Made by a program: the position numbers and the translations under genes. Shown piece by piece: positions 8,891-10,175 of a stretch of 10,175 bases of DNA (position 1 is its first letter; every line of letters begins with the position of its first letter). Origin of the DNA: a bacterium (GTDB taxonomy: Bacteria > SAR324 > NAC60-12). The stretch spans positions 1-10,175 of the forward strand of contig CBDDTI010000650.1 of NCBI GenBank assembly GCA_965233585.1, in the 5' to 3' direction. The notes beneath the pieces are model-generated. The model saw nothing but the letters and a program-made list of their open reading frames with translations, had not been told where the DNA came from and made no database searches.

Positions 8891-8967
8891 ATAGAAACAC
8901 GGAGAACATGTTTTCTATTTCTTTTAGAAAACACTGGAAGACAAAAAAGGAAAACTTGTTAACCTTG

Positions 8968-9040
8968 ATTATTATTATTATTGTTATTAACTTGGATCAT
9001 CATCATCATTATTATTATTATTATTATTAATATTATTAAT
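8968..9040 (+). repeat. Compound (ATT)n/(CAT)n microsatellite inside E3
   Basis: Read directly from the sequence. Confidence 0.9.
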
Positions 9041-9299
9041 CTAAACTTGAATTCTCTTTGCTCACATCATCATTATGTCAACAGTTTGTGTTAGTTCTGT
9101 GTCTCCATTGTGTTATACCCAATTTTTAGCCAGTCAGCATGTGTATTTTCTTAGGACTGTTTTCTAAAACTTATTTAGTACATGTACAGAACTTGATGTT
9201 CTGCATGTGTACTGGTTACAATATGCATTTAGCACTCTTAAACTTTAATTTATTTTGGAGCTCGGTACAGTGACTATGGCATTATCATTTCATTTGCAG

Positions 9300-9330
9300 A
9301 GGTGGTGTTCCAAGAAGCTTGTTTGCATTG
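9300..9330 (+). CDS. SLMAP: Probable SLMAP coding exon 4, 31 nt, phase 2 to 0 (linker)
   Basis: Acceptor TTTCATTTGCAG| and donor TTG|GTATGC flank (K)GGVPRSLFAL. There is no sequence homology support, but its phases are exactly those needed to join exon 3 (phase 2) to exon 5 (phase 0). Confidence 0.75.
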
Positions 9331-9729
9331 GTATGCTAAAAATGTCAAAAATGTAACAGTTGAATTGCTTTAAATATGACACTCAGTATTAAAGAGGTTC
9401 TTGTACATGAAACTATTAATAGACAAGATTTTTACCAAAGTAGAAATAGCATTTAGATAAACTGTTCCTTCTTTGAACATTTTTTTCCAATTACACCAAA
9501 ATTAAACAAATTACTCTGTGCTAATACAACATTTTGGTTTCAAGAAATTTGATAGAGATTGAATTTTACAGAATGCATCCAGGTATTGTTTCGAGGAGAG
9601 GCTTTTTTGTTATGATCTGCTCTGAGAAAGTTCTATTGCAGCTCTGTGTCCATCTTCACCGAGTTAGTGTATTCTTCATTACATTTTCCAAGATCATAGT
9701 TAACCTAGGTTCTTCTCTTCTAAAAACAG

Positions 9730-9783
9730 AATGAAAATGGCATCCAAGCTCAGGAAATGTGGCAGTTATCTCAATATTTACAG
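9730..9783 (+). CDS. SLMAP: SLMAP coding exon 5, 54 nt, phase 0 to 0
   Basis: Translates NENGIQAQEMWQLSQYLQ, matching recalled SLMAP SQELFQLSQYLQ. Acceptor TTCTTCTCTTCTAAAAACAG|, with an in-frame TAA at 9721 excluding a longer exon. Donor CAG|GTTTGT. Confidence 0.9.
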
Positions 9784-9879
9784 GTTTGTAACTGTCTACA
9801 ATACATGTGTATGCCATGCACATGTGTTGGATCATAAATTGAATTTATCTAACCAATATTAATCATCATGTTTCTGTAG

Positions 9880-9975
9880 GATGCACTCTATAGAGAACAA
9901 ATGCTTGAAAACAAGCTGGCAAACCTTCAAAGACTTTTGTCAGACTCGCAAGCAGCTGTGGAAGATAACACACAG
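9880..9975 (+). CDS. SLMAP: SLMAP coding exon 6 (first coiled coil), 96 nt, phase 0 to 0
   Basis: Translates DALYREQMLENKLANLQRLLSDSQAAVEDNTQ, matching recalled SLMAP EALHREQMLEQKLATLQRLL. Acceptor TTTCTGTAG|, donor CAG|GTAAAC. Confidence 0.95.
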
Positions 9976-10175
9976 GTAAACAAGATAACTGTTGCATTGG
10001 ATTGTGGTGCCAAACAATTATTGGGCAATGTTAAAGTGTATCTGTTCTTGATCAATTAGTGTACAGAACATATTATTTTAAACATGTCCACTAATTAATA
10101 ACAATCAGAATCTTTGAGTGCCTACTCAAAGAACTTTAAAGCTAAGATCAGCTGGTAATCCCCAAAAATGGTCGA

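Overview
Eukaryotic genomic DNA. It contains the 5' part of an intron-rich SLMAP orthologue (sarcolemmal membrane-associated protein, STRIPAK subunit) on the + strand. Six coding exons (831-1016, 3428-3575, 4362-4425, 9300-9330, 9730-9783, 9880-9975) splice in frame to 193 aa covering the FHA domain and the start of the coiled coil; the gene continues past the window. The repeats resemble those I recall from stony corals, but this is recollection, not a search. The introns are packed with non-autonomous mobile elements. Three sequence-unrelated ~0.3-0.4 kb elements (2269-2577, 8576-8890, 7909-9167) share one architecture: no target-site duplication, an internal segment complementary to BOTH element ends (a DIRS-ICR-like pre-formed circle junction), a long terminal hairpin capped by a DNA-type GNA triloop beside tandem G.A mismatches, and a CCAAT-like box near the 5' end. 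Also present are a young 3.18 kb foldback element with ~545 bp TIRs and a patchwork interior, a head-to-head tRNA-derived palindrome, and two insertions nested in one hairpin. Most ORFs in the supplied track are spurious.
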